A DNA stretch of 64,000 nucleotides from Mustelus asterias (taxonomy: Eukaryota), in NCBI RefSeq assembly GCF_964213995.1, contig NW_027591667.1, positions 1-64,000 of the forward strand. Direction: 5' to 3'. Under the pieces are notes generated by a model. The model searched no databases. It had not been told where the DNA came from and was given only the letters and a program-made list of their open reading frames with translations. A program made the position numbers and the translations under genes. How positions within the stretch are numbered: position 1 is the stretch's first letter; every line of letters begins with the position of its first letter. Positions 63,772-64,000 of this stretch are shown one piece after another.

Positions 63772-64000
63772 TGAGCCCCATTCTTTCCAACATCATTGAT
63801 CGTGTTAGTATAAAGCGAAGATCTAACCCAATTGCAACTGCTCCGGAATTGGACCCAATGGGGATGATTTTGAGCCCACACTCTCCAGCAGCGGGAATGG
63901 CGGTGTGGGCTCAAAATCCAGAGTGCGCGCGATTCGTGCTGGCGGGTTTGTGAGTTCCAATCTTACCAGTACCTTGCTGGTGGAGTGGCATGAAACACAC

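Noticed and set aside
1-64000. CRISPR array or prokaryotic operon
   Set aside because: No regularly spaced repeats; the content is vertebrate retroelement DNA

Overview
Eukaryotic, repeat-dense genomic DNA, almost certainly from a cartilaginous fish (shark): it carries HE1-type V-SINEs and HER1/CR1 LINEs. I found no intact host exon. Most of the window is decayed or nested retroelements: several CR1 subfamilies, Rex1/Babar, L2, Tx1, a CR1-group (Zenon-like) LINE, three tRNA-SINE families, and Penelope-like elements with minimal hammerhead ribozymes. PIF/Harbinger remnants, MITEs and probable solo LTRs are also present. Most notable: (1) two dispersed copies (31195-31522 +, about 41824-42145 -) of a ~330-bp element with two U2 snRNA 5' modules, an internal octamer ATGCAAAT, conserved hairpins and an A-tail, with a TSD at the first copy; this is a candidate snRNA-headed SINE. 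(2) Four Penelope fold-back insertions with 12-14 bp TSDs that follow one asymmetric end rule. (3) A processed pseudogene of nucleoporin TPR. (4) Two HE1 SINEs with an identical 75-nt 5' leader. (5) A mosaic non-coding CR1-tailed element. Family names come from motif recognition by eye, not database searches, and boundaries of old repeats are approximate.
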